NCBI GenBank assembly: GCA_050952645.1 | Contig: JBMNLI010000015.1 | Span: 1-64,000, forward strand | Source: Bdellovibrionota bacterium | GTDB taxonomy: Bacteria > Bdellovibrionota_C > UBA2361 > CAKMMH01 | Direction: 5' to 3' | Length of the DNA: 64,000 bases | Shown here: piece by piece, positions 18,103 to 28,426 of the stretch | How the letters are laid out: every line of letters begins with the position of its first letter | Numbering within the stretch: position 1 is the stretch's first letter | The notes under the pieces: model-generated | Told to the model about the DNA's origin: nothing | The model's input: only the letters and a program-made list of their open reading frames with translations | Database searches by the model: none | Made by a program: the position numbers and the translations under genes

Positions 18103-19092
18103 ATGATAAAAAAAATAGTAAGCATAAGTTTAATTTTTTTAGTAGCTTGTAGCACTCCAGTTTTGCAAAGAAAGGAGCCAGTTATTCCAAGTTTGGAATA
18201 TTCAAAAAATCTACAAGAAAAAATAGAAAAAGAAAAAATGCAAGAAAACTTAGAATATCAAAGAAAGCTTGCAGATTATGAAAAGATGGCAAGCATCGAA
18301 GAGATGCGAGCTAGGTACCATTTTGCTAGTGGCAACTATCCTAATAATGAACAAGAGCTAACGGCTAGTTTAGATGCTACTCAAAATGTAAATATAAATA
18401 GTGAAATAAATGGTGAAATAAATAGTGATATAAATGAAAGTAAAGGAGAAACTCAATATTTTGAAACTAAAAAAAATGTAGGCAGACCTAAATACGCAAG
18501 CCCTCTAATGTATGGAGATACGGGACGCTCGCCCTCGCTGTGGGAAGATAGTAAGACTGGGGGAAGTGATCTTTTTAGAGATGACAGAGCGTGGCTTCCT
18601 GGGGATTTAGTTACTATCTTAATTACTGAAAAATCTGATGCAAAAGGAGAAGCAGATACGAACACTAAAAAGGAAACTACGCTTTTAGGCGGAATTTCAG
18701 CTTTGATAGGTATAGATTCTTGGTTTGCAGATAAAAACAAGAGAGTAGATCCTAAAACTATGTTTAGCACTAATAGTAGTCTTGAATATAAAGGAAGCGG
18801 TGATACTACTAGAAAAAGCACTTTGACAGCAAAAATTTCTGCAATGGTTATGGAGGTTTTGCCAACGGGATTATTAAGAGTCGAGGGCGAGAAGATCGTT
18901 TCTGTAAACTCTGAAGAACAAATTATAAAAATTTCAGGTATAGTGCGTCCTAAAGATGTTAATTCTTATAATGAAATAGATTCATCTAAATTAGCAAATA
19001 TGAGAGTCGATTATTATGGACAAGGCGCTTTACAAGACGTTCAAACTCCTGGTTGGGGAACGAGATTTATTACAAAACTTTGGCCGTTTTAA
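18103..19092 (+). CDS. flgH: Flagellar L-ring protein FlgH with long N-terminal insertion
   Basis: Lipobox LVAC; LFRDDRA..GDLVTILI.E; SGIVRPKD; PGW..KLWPF. Confidence 0.93.
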   Translation: MIKKIVSISLIFLVACSTPVLQRKEPVIPSLEYSKNLQEKIEKEKMQENLEYQRKLADYEKMASIEEMRARYHFASGNYPNNEQELTASLDATQNVNINSEINGEINSDINESKGETQYFETKKNVGRPKYASPLMYGDTGRSPSLWEDSKTGGSDLFRDDRAWLPGDLVTILITEKSDAKGEADTNTKKETTLLGGISALIGIDSWFADKNKRVDPKTMFSTNSSLEYKGSGDTTRKSTLTAKISAMVMEVLPTGLLRVEGEKIVSVNSEEQIIKISGIVRPKDVNSYNEIDSSKLANMRVDYYGQGALQDVQTPGWGTRFITKLWPF

Positions 19093-19186
19093 TAAGAGTG
19101 TAAGCAAAGATTGTTAAAGAAATATTTAAAAAGGTTTAAAGGTTTGTGGAAAAATTTATTATTTTATTAAAATTAAGAGATAGAAA

Positions 19187-20296
19187 ATGAAAAAATTATT
19201 TTTAATAATTACTTTTACATTATTTATAACTTCACAATTTATAGCTTCACAAGCTTTTGCTGCTAGGTTAAAAGATATCGCAGATGTAGAAGGCGTTAGA
19301 GGAAACGACTTATTAGGTTACGGTATAGTAATAGGTTTAAATGGCACTGGAGATGGCGGAAGTGTAGATTTTACTAGTAAGAGTATATCAAACTTATTAG
19401 AAAAAATGGGACTTAAAGTAGACCCTAAAGATGTAAAAGTAAAAAATGTTGCAGGCGTTGTAGTAACTGCAAAATTGCCTCCTTTTGCAAGACCTGGCTC
19501 GAAGATAGACGTTACGTTATCTTCGATAGGAGATGCAAAAAGCATTCAAGGTGGCACTTTGCTTTTAACACCACTTAAAGCAGCAGATGGAAACGTGTAT
19601 GCTATCGCTCAAGGTCCTATTACAGTAGGGGGATTTTCTATTGAGGCTACGTCAGATGCGGCTGTAAAAAACCATCCAACGGTCGGACAAATAGCAGAAG
19701 GTGCAACCGTAGAAAAGATGATACCATTCGATTTATTTCAAAGTAAGAGAGTAAGAATAGTTTTAAGAGAGCCTGATTTTACGACGGTAACGAAAGTGGT
19801 AGACGCTTTAAATGCGGAACTTGGAGCCCCAGTAGCTTCTGCTATCGATGGTGCTTCGGTGCAAATTCCTTTAGTTGGAAAATTAAAAGACGACCCGATA
19901 GGTATGATAGCAAGGTTAGAGCATGTAAATATAGTTCAAGACTCTAGTGCAAAAGTTATAGTTAACGAAAAAACGGGAACTATTATAATGGGAGAAAATG
20001 TAAAGGTTGGAAAAGTAGCATTAGCACACGGCAATTTAAATATCGTAATAAGGAGCGACACTCAAGTATCTCAGCCTGAGGCTTTCGCTACCTCGGGAAC
20101 TACGGAGATAGTTACTAATCAAGACGTGACTGTAGGCGAAGAAAATGTTGGCTTAAACTTAATAGAGGGAGAGCTTTCTTTAGGTGAATTAGTTAAAGCT
20201 TTAAATGCCCTTGGTGCAACTCCTAGAGATTTAATATCGATATTTTCAGCATTAAAAAGAGCAGGCGCCTTACATGCCGACTTGGTTATAATGTAA
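19187..20296 (+). CDS. flgI: Flagellar P-ring protein FlgI
   Basis: ARLKDIA..GVR.N.L.GYG.VIGLNGTGD; LKRAGALHADL. Confidence 0.97.
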   Translation: MKKLFLIITFTLFITSQFIASQAFAARLKDIADVEGVRGNDLLGYGIVIGLNGTGDGGSVDFTSKSISNLLEKMGLKVDPKDVKVKNVAGVVVTAKLPPFARPGSKIDVTLSSIGDAKSIQGGTLLLTPLKAADGNVYAIAQGPITVGGFSIEATSDAAVKNHPTVGQIAEGATVEKMIPFDLFQSKRVRIVLREPDFTTVTKVVDALNAELGAPVASAIDGASVQIPLVGKLKDDPIGMIARLEHVNIVQDSSAKVIVNEKTGTIIMGENVKVGKVALAHGNLNIVIRSDTQVSQPEAFATSGTTEIVTNQDVTVGEENVGLNLIEGELSLGELVKALNALGATPRDLISIFSALKRAGALHADLVIM

Positions 20297-20402
20297 AAGA
20301 TGTTATGATGTTATGATGAGTAATATAATAAAGTTAAATATAATAATGTTAAATATAATAAATTAAAAAATAATAAAGTAAAATATAATAAGGTAAAAAA
20401 AA

Positions 20403-20756
20403 ATGGATAATGCTTCGTTAGGTTTAAATTTAAATATTTCTAGTAGCTTTATAAAAAATAGTAATGATATTTTAAGATTAAAAAATAGTGCTAATAATAT
20501 TGCTACTAAACAAGATAAATCTGCAAATGAAATAAGAGAAGCTGCTAGGGATTTTGAGGCTATGCTTTTATCTCAAATGATGAATGAGATGTGGAAAAGT
20601 GTGCCAGAAAATAGCTTATTTGGCAAAAGCCAAGAGGAAGATTATTTTAGAGAAATGTTAAATTTAGAGGTTGCAAAAGAGGTTGCGAGTGGGCAAGGTT
20701 TAGGAGTGCAAGATTTAGTTATCGCTGAGCTTGAAAAAAAGAGTGGTAAAGAATAA
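20403..20756 (+). CDS. flgJ: FlgJ rod-binding domain protein, no muramidase domain
   Basis: AARDFEAMLLSQMMNEM..SV..GQGLG. Confidence 0.85.
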   Translation: MDNASLGLNLNISSSFIKNSNDILRLKNSANNIATKQDKSANEIREAARDFEAMLLSQMMNEMWKSVPENSLFGKSQEEDYFREMLNLEVAKEVASGQGLGVQDLVIAELEKKSGKE

Positions 20757-20812
20757 AAAAATAATATGAAACTATATCGCTTTTTTGTAATCTAAATATT
20801 AGTAATAAAGTA

Positions 20813-20931
20813 AATTATTTGGTTCTTTGACGTTTTAGGTGGGTTAGAAAAATTGTTTTTTTTAGGGTCGATGAGTGATACTAATTTTAAGGTCTAAAAC
20901 CCACCTTAAAACGTCAAAGAACTAATTATTT
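20813..20931. mobile_element. MITE-like element, copy 2 (short)
   Basis: ggttctttgacgttttaggtggg ... cccaccttaaaacgtcaaagaact, flanked by direct repeat aattattt. Confidence 0.75.
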
Positions 20932-20942
20932 GGAGTAATTAT

Positions 20943-21314
20943 ATGAAAATAAATCCTAATGATATAGCAATAAGACAAGAGTTACTTTCTAAGATTTTAA
21001 ATAAAGATAAGTCTGAAGAATCGAGTGCAGTTCAATATAAAGAAAGTGATGCTAGCAAAGTTTATGCAAATGATGAGAAAAGAGTTTTAGCAGATAAAGT
21101 AAACATTAGCTTAGCTCAATATATAAGTGATAATATTTCTAAAGAAGCTATTTTATCTGAAAGAGAAGCAAAGGTAGCCAAGTTAAAAGAACTTTATAAT
21201 AAAGGTGAGTATAGAAGCGTAGAGACAAGGGAACTTGCGCAATCTTTCGTTGATGGCATTGAAGAGGAGATAAGTATAGCAAGAAATACGATATTCTTTG
21301 ATGAAGATGAATAG
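20943..21314 (+). CDS. flgM: Anti-sigma28 factor FlgM
   Basis: DKVNIS..REAKVAKLKELYNKGEY..ELAQ; located between flgJ and flgN. Confidence 0.75.
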   Translation: MKINPNDIAIRQELLSKILNKDKSEESSAVQYKESDASKVYANDEKRVLADKVNISLAQYISDNISKEAILSEREAKVAKLKELYNKGEYRSVETRELAQSFVDGIEEEISIARNTIFFDEDE

Positions 21315-21336
21315 ATAAAAAAGGTTATAAAAAAAA

Positions 21337-21831
21337 ATGGCATTAAACTATCAAACATATAGGGATTTACTAGATAATATAAATAAACAATTGACTCTTT
21401 ACGAAGAGTATATAAAGGCACAAAACGATGAAAAAGAAAGCTTAAAAAAAGCTGATATTAAAAAGGTAAAAGAAAACACTGCGCTAAGATCTAATATTCT
21501 AGAATATATTCATTTACACAAAAATAAACTTTCTGATATTTTAACTAAAGAAGGAGAAAGTAAGATTTTAAAACTCGTTAATAAAAAAGCTAGCGCCGAG
21601 CAAAAATCTATTTTAATTCCTAAAATTAGAAGATTAAGAGAGTTAGTAAAAAACACTCAAGGAAAAGCTAGAGAGTATTCCGAGCTTTTAGATTTTTCTT
21701 CAAATTTAGTAAATGGTTCTCTTTCTATTTTATGGTCTGCAACTCAAGGTATATTTAAATCTTATGGAAGAGATAGAAATATACATGAAGCCTACCACCC
21801 AAGCTTGATAAATAAAGAAAGAAAATTATAG
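21337..21831 (+). CDS. flgN: Flagellar export chaperone FlgN
   Basis: Helical 164 aa protein after flgM, with a C-terminal YG motif. Confidence 0.7.
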   Translation: MALNYQTYRDLLDNINKQLTLYEEYIKAQNDEKESLKKADIKKVKENTALRSNILEYIHLHKNKLSDILTKEGESKILKLVNKKASAEQKSILIPKIRRLRELVKNTQGKAREYSELLDFSSNLVNGSLSILWSATQGIFKSYGRDRNIHEAYHPSLINKERKL

Positions 21832-22203
21832 TATTTCCTTAAGAAATTATCATTTTAGTCATTTATTTTTTTAACCTATCACAAAAACTCTATAAAAGTG
21901 TAATTGTTGCAGTTTGAATTCATAGTATATTAATCATTAATGGAGAATATTATGGAAGCATTAAAAGAGACAAATACAAATAAGCAAGAGTTATTGAAAA
22001 TTTTTAGCTCTTTGATTATTTAGTTTCTTTAAAATTTTTTGTTAATATTTTATTTTTGATTCTTTGTTAATTTTTTTTGCTAAAACTTTAGGGAATAATA
22101 ACTACTTATATAGTACAGTCTTTTTTATAAATTTCAAGGCTTATATTTTGTATGTTTTGTGATACGTTTTTTTTTATTAGTATCGTTTCTAGTTTCTGTT
22201 TTA

Positions 22204-23727
22204 CTAGTGCTCGCTATCTTCTGAATATGAGTTTTCAGTATCTCCGTTTTCAGTATCTTTTGCAATCAATGCTAGCACTTCTTTTGCATGGCTCGTCATT
22301 GGGTTTGTTTCAGCTTGGTCGTGTAAAACAAGCTCTTTATAAAGTTTTATTTGTAGCTCTTTTTTTATATCTTCAAACTCAGGACGGTTTGCTAAATTTT
22401 CTTGCTCATATGGGTCGAGAGTCGTATTGTAAAGTTCCTCTTCTCTATTTGGTTCGGTTTCTGAATACATAAACTCTTTTGTATGGTATCCAATATAAAC
22501 ATATCTGTCCCTACGTAGATCACCATTTCCTTGAATTAAAATTCCATCTCTTAAATTTTGCCCATTTATAATATCTAAAAGTGAAATGCCCGAAACTTGG
22601 TATTCATTTTTATCGATGCCTGCAAGCGCTGCAAGAGTTGGGGCGATGTCGATATTTGCAGTTATTTCATAAATCTTAGTTTTAGGAAATAAACTCTCGT
22701 CTTTATTAGGTTTTGGGTAGCTTATGGCTAGTGGAATTCTAGTAGCCTCTTCGTATACATTGTTTTTAGATTGCAAGCAATGTTCGCCCCACATTAAACC
22801 GTTATCAGACATATAAATAAAAATAGTATTTTCATAAAGTCCAAATTTTTTTAATCTATCTATAATTTTTTTTACTCCTAAGTCGACGGACATAAGAGTA
22901 GCAAGTTGCTTAGAAGCAAAGTTTTTTATATTTTTTTCTCTTCTTCTCTTAAGTCTCTTGTTTCCTTTTCCTGAATAATTTTTTTTTCTTTTATTTACCC
23001 AATCTGCTTTTCCAGTATCACTTAAATCTAAAAAAGTAGGAGCGGCGTTAAATTCTCTTTTATTATATTTCTTTTTATATTCTTCATCAGGGATAGCAGG
23101 GCTATGAGGTGCATTGTGGGAAAGAACTAAAAAGAACGGTTTGTTTTTTTTTCTTGCGCTTTTAATAAAATCTCTCGCTTGCCTATTCCAAAAATTAGTT
23201 ACGTAAAAATTGCTTTTTTTAGAAAATCTTCCATTTTTATTTACTTTTAAATTGTTATAATGAGCACTTCCTTTTCTATGTGAAACCCAAAAATCGAACT
23301 CGCTTCTTCTGTTTTTAGAATATTTCCCATCGGAAGTATTGTGGAATTTTCCAACTAATCCTGTGTAGTAGCCAGATTCCTTTAGTCTTTTTGCGATAGA
23401 ATATTCGTTTAACGCTACTTTTTCTTCTGAACTATTGTTAGGCATGTCGTGCTCTGTAGCGTGTAGCCCTGTAAAAATGCTTGCCCTGCTAGGCCCACAA
23501 ATAGGAGTTGTGGCAAAATGATTTTTAAATTGAGTGCCATTTAAAAATATTTCATTATAGACCGTAGGCATAGTCGTTTCATTTATAGTATCTGCTCTTT
23601 GATCATCTGTTAATATAAAAACGATATTTGGTCTAGTATCGTCGCTACAATAACCCATATTTGTATTTAATAAAAATATTGTTAGAATAAATTTAAGTAA
23701 TAAAATTTTAATTTTTGTTTTTTTCAT
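22204..23727 (-). CDS. Secreted Cys-type sulfatase
   Basis: PNIVFILTDDQR; CGPSRASIFTG (CxPSR); GYYTGLVGKFH; SDNG..GEH. Confidence 0.93.
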   Translation of the reverse strand: MKKTKIKILLLKFILTIFLLNTNMGYCSDDTRPNIVFILTDDQRADTINETTMPTVYNEIFLNGTQFKNHFATTPICGPSRASIFTGLHATEHDMPNNSSEEKVALNEYSIAKRLKESGYYTGLVGKFHNTSDGKYSKNRRSEFDFWVSHRKGSAHYNNLKVNKNGRFSKKSNFYVTNFWNRQARDFIKSARKKNKPFFLVLSHNAPHSPAIPDEEYKKKYNKREFNAAPTFLDLSDTGKADWVNKRKKNYSGKGNKRLKRRREKNIKNFASKQLATLMSVDLGVKKIIDRLKKFGLYENTIFIYMSDNGLMWGEHCLQSKNNVYEEATRIPLAISYPKPNKDESLFPKTKIYEITANIDIAPTLAALAGIDKNEYQVSGISLLDIINGQNLRDGILIQGNGDLRRDRYVYIGYHTKEFMYSETEPNREEELYNTTLDPYEQENLANRPEFEDIKKELQIKLYKELVLHDQAETNPMTSHAKEVLALIAKDTENGDTENSYSEDSEH

Positions 23728-23846
23728 AATATAATTTTTCCGATTTTATTATTTTTATTATTTTTATTCTTTGTTCTTTTTTGTTCTTTGTTTATATGCT
23801 TATATATTTATTATGATGTTAATTTAAATAAATATGATTTTTAAAA

Positions 23847-24971
23847 ATGTTTACTAAGTCAGACGCAATACATATCACGATAAAGCCTCGTGGCCCAATT
23901 TGCAACCTGTCTTGCAAATATTGTTATTATTTAAGTAAAAGCTCTCTTTATAATAATACAAATTTTTCGATAAAGTTCAAGACATATATTTTATTATTAG
24001 AAAATTTAAAAACTTTTTCTAGCCGTAGCACTATAACTTGGCAAGGAGGAGAGCCTACATTACGAGGGTTAGATTTTTTTAAGGCGGCTTTAGATTACCA
24101 AAAAAAACATGGAATAAAAATAAGAAATTATTTTCAAACTAATGGAATAAATTTAAATAAAGAGTGGATAGAGTTTTTTAAAGAAAATGATTTCTTAGTC
24201 GGTATAAGTCTCGATGGCCCTAAAGAGTTGCATGAAAAAAATAGGGTTTCAAGTAGCAAAGAAAGTTATTATGAAAAAATAATTTCTAATATAAGGGCGC
24301 TTCAAAAATACGATGTCGATTTTAATATACTTACTACCGTTAATAAGGCGAATGTAAATTATGCAAAAGAAGTTTACGATTATTTTGTTAATGATTTAAA
24401 TGTAAATTTTTTACAATTTATTCCCATAGTTCAAAGTGTTTCAGGCTCTGGATTTAATAGAGAAAATAAATTAAATCCCGCTTCGATTTTACCAGAAGAG
24501 TACGCAAATTTTATGATCTCGATATTTGATATGTGGTATAAAAATGATGTGGGCAAGGTTTCTGTGCAACTTTTTGAGGTAATAATGAGTTCCTGGTTAG
24601 GCACGGAACATGGGCTTTGTGAGTTTCAAAAAAATTGTGGACAAGCGTTATGTTTAGAGCATAATGGTGATTTATACGCGTGTGATCATTTCGTAGAAAA
24701 AGATTTTTTGCTTGGCAATATACATGAAAAAAGTTTAAGAGAGTGTTTCGACAATCAAAAGTTTTACGATTTTAGAACGTATAAAAGACGAGCCGTTAGT
24801 AAAGAGTGTGTGGCGTGTGAATATTTTTTTATTTGCCATGGAGAATGTCCTAAAAATTGGATATTAAAAGATAAGGAGGGAAAAAGAAAAAATTATCTAT
24901 GTGAAAGTTATAAGAAAATTTTTAAGCATACTTCAGGAAAGCTATTAGCGCTTCTTTCTAAAAGTAAGTAA
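23847..24971 (+). CDS. Anaerobic sulfatase maturase (radical SAM/SPASM)
   Basis: CNLSCKYCYY; WQGGEPTL; GISLDGP; SPASM cysteines; divergent from the sulfatase. Confidence 0.92.
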   Translation: MFTKSDAIHITIKPRGPICNLSCKYCYYLSKSSLYNNTNFSIKFKTYILLLENLKTFSSRSTITWQGGEPTLRGLDFFKAALDYQKKHGIKIRNYFQTNGINLNKEWIEFFKENDFLVGISLDGPKELHEKNRVSSSKESYYEKIISNIRALQKYDVDFNILTTVNKANVNYAKEVYDYFVNDLNVNFLQFIPIVQSVSGSGFNRENKLNPASILPEEYANFMISIFDMWYKNDVGKVSVQLFEVIMSSWLGTEHGLCEFQKNCGQALCLEHNGDLYACDHFVEKDFLLGNIHEKSLRECFDNQKFYDFRTYKRRAVSKECVACEYFFICHGECPKNWILKDKEGKRKNYLCESYKKIFKHTSGKLLALLSKSK

Positions 24972-24997
24972 TAAATAAAATATAATTAAAAATAAAA

Positions 24998-25459
24998 ATG
25001 AATAGTAATTTTAAAAAAGAAACGTTAGAAAAGTATATGAGATTAGTTTTAAAAGAGGCGACTTTAGCTTTTAACGAGGGAGAAGTGCCTATCGCTAGTC
25101 TTATAGTAAAGGATGGGGAAATATTATCACTAGAACGAAATAGGGTAGAGGCTTTACAAGATGCGACAAAGCATGCTGAAATGCTAGCTTTGCAGGCGGC
25201 ATCAAAAAAAATTAGGAATTGGCGTTTAGATGGAGCGAGTTTGTTTGTAAATGTCGAGCCTTGCACTATGTGTATGGGAGCAATAGAGTTAGCAAGAATA
25301 AGTAGCGTTATTTATGGCGCTAGTGAGCCACTAAGGGGCGCTTGTGGTTCTAGGTATGATCTATCTATGTATAACCTTAAGAAAATAAAAATTATAAGTG
25401 GTATATTAGAAAATGAAGCTAGCGAGTTATTAAAGATGGCTTTTATGAAAAAACGATAA
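24998..25459 (+). CDS. tadA: tRNA adenosine(34) deaminase
   Basis: EVPI, HAE, EPCTMC. Confidence 0.9.
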   Translation: MNSNFKKETLEKYMRLVLKEATLAFNEGEVPIASLIVKDGEILSLERNRVEALQDATKHAEMLALQAASKKIRNWRLDGASLFVNVEPCTMCMGAIELARISSVIYGASEPLRGACGSRYDLSMYNLKKIKIISGILENEASELLKMAFMKKR

Positions 25460-25513
25460 TATAAAAAACAAAATTTTAAAAAGAGCGTTTTTTAAAGGTA
25501 GGCTTTAATATAT

Positions 25514-25813
25514 TCAATATATTCCTACGGCTTCTTTTAAGAATGCTTTAGCGACATCTTTAGAGTCGTAAGTTAGCGTGCCTTTGTTATATCTATTTTT
25601 TAGTTCTGAGATTTTTTTAGAGTTATCGGTTTTAGTTTCTTCTTTAACACCTTTAACATTTATGCGATCTTCATTAAGGGCTTCATGTGCTTTATGTGAT
25701 TCGTTAAGAGCACTTGCATTGCTATCAACTTTTTTATTTTTATGTTGATAATCATTTATATTACCATTTGCTAAAAGGTTTACTGCATCGATATTTTTAT
25801 TTTTAATTTCCAT
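25514..25813 (-). CDS. Second FlgM-like anti-sigma28 factor
   Basis: DRINV..KISELKNRYNKGTLTYDSKDVAKAFL matches the FlgM C-terminal motif. Confidence 0.7.
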   Translation of the reverse strand: MEIKNKNIDAVNLLANGNINDYQHKNKKVDSNASALNESHKAHEALNEDRINVKGVKEETKTDNSKKISELKNRYNKGTLTYDSKDVAKAFLKEAVGIY

Positions 25814-25964
25814 TACATCACCTCAAAGGTTTTTAGAGTTTTACATAATAAAATTATTTATTTGCAAAGATAACTTTTTAAAAGATAACTTATTATGAGA
25901 TAACTTTTTATAAATTCTACCTTCCTTGGAAATTTATTTTTTTGCATATCCCTTGCAAGTTAAG

Positions 25965-25992
25965 CAATCGGTAATATAATATAAAAACTTGA
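25965..25992 (-). promoter_or_regulatory. Candidate sigma28 promoter for the second flgM-like gene
   Basis: Minus strand TCAA-N16-ACCGATTG, close to consensus TAAA-N15/16-GCCGATAA. Confidence 0.45.
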
Positions 25993-26059
25993 GAAAACTA
26001 CTTTAAAAAATTTTAATAAAATTTTAAGAAAAATAAAAAATATTTGTTTATATAAAATT

Positions 26060-26530
26060 ATGAAAAAAATAGAGTTAATTAGCATATCTAGAGTTAAGCA
26101 AGATTTTATTTTAAAGGGGGAAAGGGAGTATGCTAAAAGGCTATCTAAATTTGTAGATTTAAAGATTACAGATTATAACTTAGATTTTTCAATAAGTTGC
26201 CCTAAAAGTGAGATAATTAAGCAAGAAGGGGAGTATTTTTTAAAAAGAGTCTCTAAGGGGCAAATGTTAGTTTTGTTAGATGAGAAAGGCAAAAAATTTA
26301 ACTCTAAGGAGTTTGCTAGTTTTATAGAAAAACAATATGCTAATCCAAATGCTCTATGTTTTGCTATTGGTGGTGCTTATGGTTGGTGTGAGAATGTAAA
26401 GAAAAAGGCAGATATGCTTTTATCTCTTTCAGATTTAACGTTTCCTTATCAGCTTACACGTCTTATAATGGTTGAGCAACTTTATAGAGCTTTTACGATT
26501 ATAAATAATTTTCCATATCATAAGGAGTGA
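26060..26530 (+). CDS. rlmH: 23S rRNA pseudouridine-1915 methyltransferase
   Basis: LDEKGK..S.EFA; FAIGGAYG; LSLS.LTFP..L.RL..EQLYRA..PYHK. Confidence 0.95.
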   Translation: MKKIELISISRVKQDFILKGEREYAKRLSKFVDLKITDYNLDFSISCPKSEIIKQEGEYFLKRVSKGQMLVLLDEKGKKFNSKEFASFIEKQYANPNALCFAIGGAYGWCENVKKKADMLLSLSDLTFPYQLTRLIMVEQLYRAFTIINNFPYHKE

Positions 26531-26539
26531 TTAAAAATT

Positions 26540-27022
26540 ATGTCTAAGATAAAAAGATTCGATACCTCTGTTTTAGGTGAAATGCTTATTGGAAAGGATC
26601 CTTTAAAAATAGTAAGGCATTTTTTATTAAAAAAGGGGCATGACCCAGATAAGACTATTAAGGAAGAAACTAATAATTCTTGTCGTTGGATGATCGACCT
26701 TTCTAATGGCTATGAGTTAGAGATATATTTAGATAAGATAAGAACTCCATCGCAGGCAACGGTATATATGGGGATAAATATTTTGCCCGTTCCTATTAGG
26801 GGATCTTTAGATTTTTTAGTATCGGTTTTAGAAATTGCAGATGGTTTGATAGGTGCTAAGTTAGGTTTAGTAGGTTATTTTATTATCTTAAGTGTTGGTT
26901 TAGGTGCTGAAAGAATAACTTACGAAGAGCTAGATTATAATTATCGATTGATCTTAGCACAAAAAGATTGGGTAAAAGAAGCGATATTAAATGAGTTCGA
27001 AGAAGAAGATATAGATGTGTAG
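26540..27022 (+). CDS. YbjN/CesT-like (T3SS chaperone fold) protein
   Basis: Acidic 160 aa; W...beta strands...LPVP..FL..LE..L.GAKLGL pattern. Confidence 0.5.
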   Translation: MSKIKRFDTSVLGEMLIGKDPLKIVRHFLLKKGHDPDKTIKEETNNSCRWMIDLSNGYELEIYLDKIRTPSQATVYMGINILPVPIRGSLDFLVSVLEIADGLIGAKLGLVGYFIILSVGLGAERITYEELDYNYRLILAQKDWVKEAILNEFEEEDIDV

Positions 27023-27224
27023 AAGATATATGTAGAGAATGTATAGAGAAAAAATAAGGACGGCTTTTTTTTAAGAGTTTCGTTTTAAAATACTTTGAAA
27101 ATATATAAAAAAATATAACTAGCTCGTTTTTTATTAAGATTTTTTTAAAAATTTACTCTTTTATATTTCAAAAGATTATCGTATCATTAAAAAGTTTAGT
27201 ATATTTAGGTTACTTAAAGGAAAA

Positions 27225-27779
27225 ATGTTAAAAGATTTCAATTTCAAACTTAAAGGCTTCTTCAGTTTCATATTAATACTTATGGGAGCCTCGTTTGGCA
27301 TATATTACATCGGTGCTCACAGTGATAAGTTTGATGCAATATTAAAAAACTTTAGCATTAACGCAGAAGAAGTTCAGGGTATAGTAGCTTTTTCAATCAT
27401 ATTCTTTCTTATCGTTAGATTAGTCTCAAACTCCTTAGTTCGCCCTTTCGTAAATTTAAATGAAAAAAGAGAAGATGCCACAGTAAATAAAATAAAAAAA
27501 GCAAACGAGTTGCTAGAAGAAGCAAGCATTTTAGAAGACGAGTTTTATAAAAAAGCAAACGAAGAAAAAAGACATGCTTTAACACAAAAGGCTATTATCT
27601 TAACTGATGCAAGACGTAAGGCAGAAGATGTGATTTTTCAAACTGAAAATGAGATTTCTGCTCAAGTTGCTAGCGCTAAAGAGCGCATAGACTTAAGAAG
27701 TAAAATTATGTTAAATGAACTAGTTCTTAAGAAACAAGAATTCGTGGATATGATAAAAGATAAGGTTATAAATCTTTAA
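27225..27779 (+). CDS. ATP synthase F0 subunit b'
   Basis: TM segment, RPF..L.EKRE, coiled coil; first gene of the atp operon. Confidence 0.8.
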   Translation: MLKDFNFKLKGFFSFILILMGASFGIYYIGAHSDKFDAILKNFSINAEEVQGIVAFSIIFFLIVRLVSNSLVRPFVNLNEKREDATVNKIKKANELLEEASILEDEFYKKANEEKRHALTQKAIILTDARRKAEDVIFQTENEISAQVASAKERIDLRSKIMLNELVLKKQEFVDMIKDKVINL

Positions 27780-27796
27780 ATTTATAAGTTTAAATC

Positions 27797-28411
27797 ATGA
27801 AAAATAAAATATTAAAAGTTATAGTTTCAACATCATTAGTTCCGTTTAAAACGCTTGTTAAAACGTTTTTATTAACGCTAGCGTTAATGCAAGTATTAAC
27901 GCCAAGCTTGCTTCTAGCTTCCGATGGAGGTTCCCACGGCATAGAAAGTCTTACTTGGTACTACATAAACTCTGGGCTTTTCTTTGGAGTGCTGTTTTTA
28001 ATATTAAGAAAGCCTTGCAAAAAATATTTTGCAAGTAGAAGAGAGGTAATAATAAGTAATGTAGACGAAGCTAGTAAAGCTCTAGAAGATGCCCAAAAGG
28101 CGCTAGCTAATGCTAAAAGAAAACATGAGTTTTTAGAAGAAGAACTTGGTAAAATAAGAGATGAAATAATAGATGAGGCTAACGAACAAGCAAATCACAT
28201 AATAAATATGGCTACTGAAAAAGCAGAATATTTAAAGAGTATGTCTAAAAAAATGATAGAAGCTGAAGAAAAAAAGGCGCTGAAAAATTTAAACGCTGCA
28301 TTTGGAAAAATTTTAATAGAAGATACTACTAATGATATTAAATCAAGTTTAAGCGCTGAAAATGATAATGAGCTTATCTTGAAAAAAATTAATGAGAGTA
28401 TGCTAACTTAA
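27797..28411 (+). CDS. atpF: ATP synthase F0 subunit b
   Basis: W..IN..LF..L...KP...F.SRR..I coiled coil. Confidence 0.88.
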   Translation: MKNKILKVIVSTSLVPFKTLVKTFLLTLALMQVLTPSLLLASDGGSHGIESLTWYYINSGLFFGVLFLILRKPCKKYFASRREVIISNVDEASKALEDAQKALANAKRKHEFLEEELGKIRDEIIDEANEQANHIINMATEKAEYLKSMSKKMIEAEEKKALKNLNAAFGKILIEDTTNDIKSSLSAENDNELILKKINESMLT

Positions 28412-28426
28412 AGGGAATGTAAAAAC

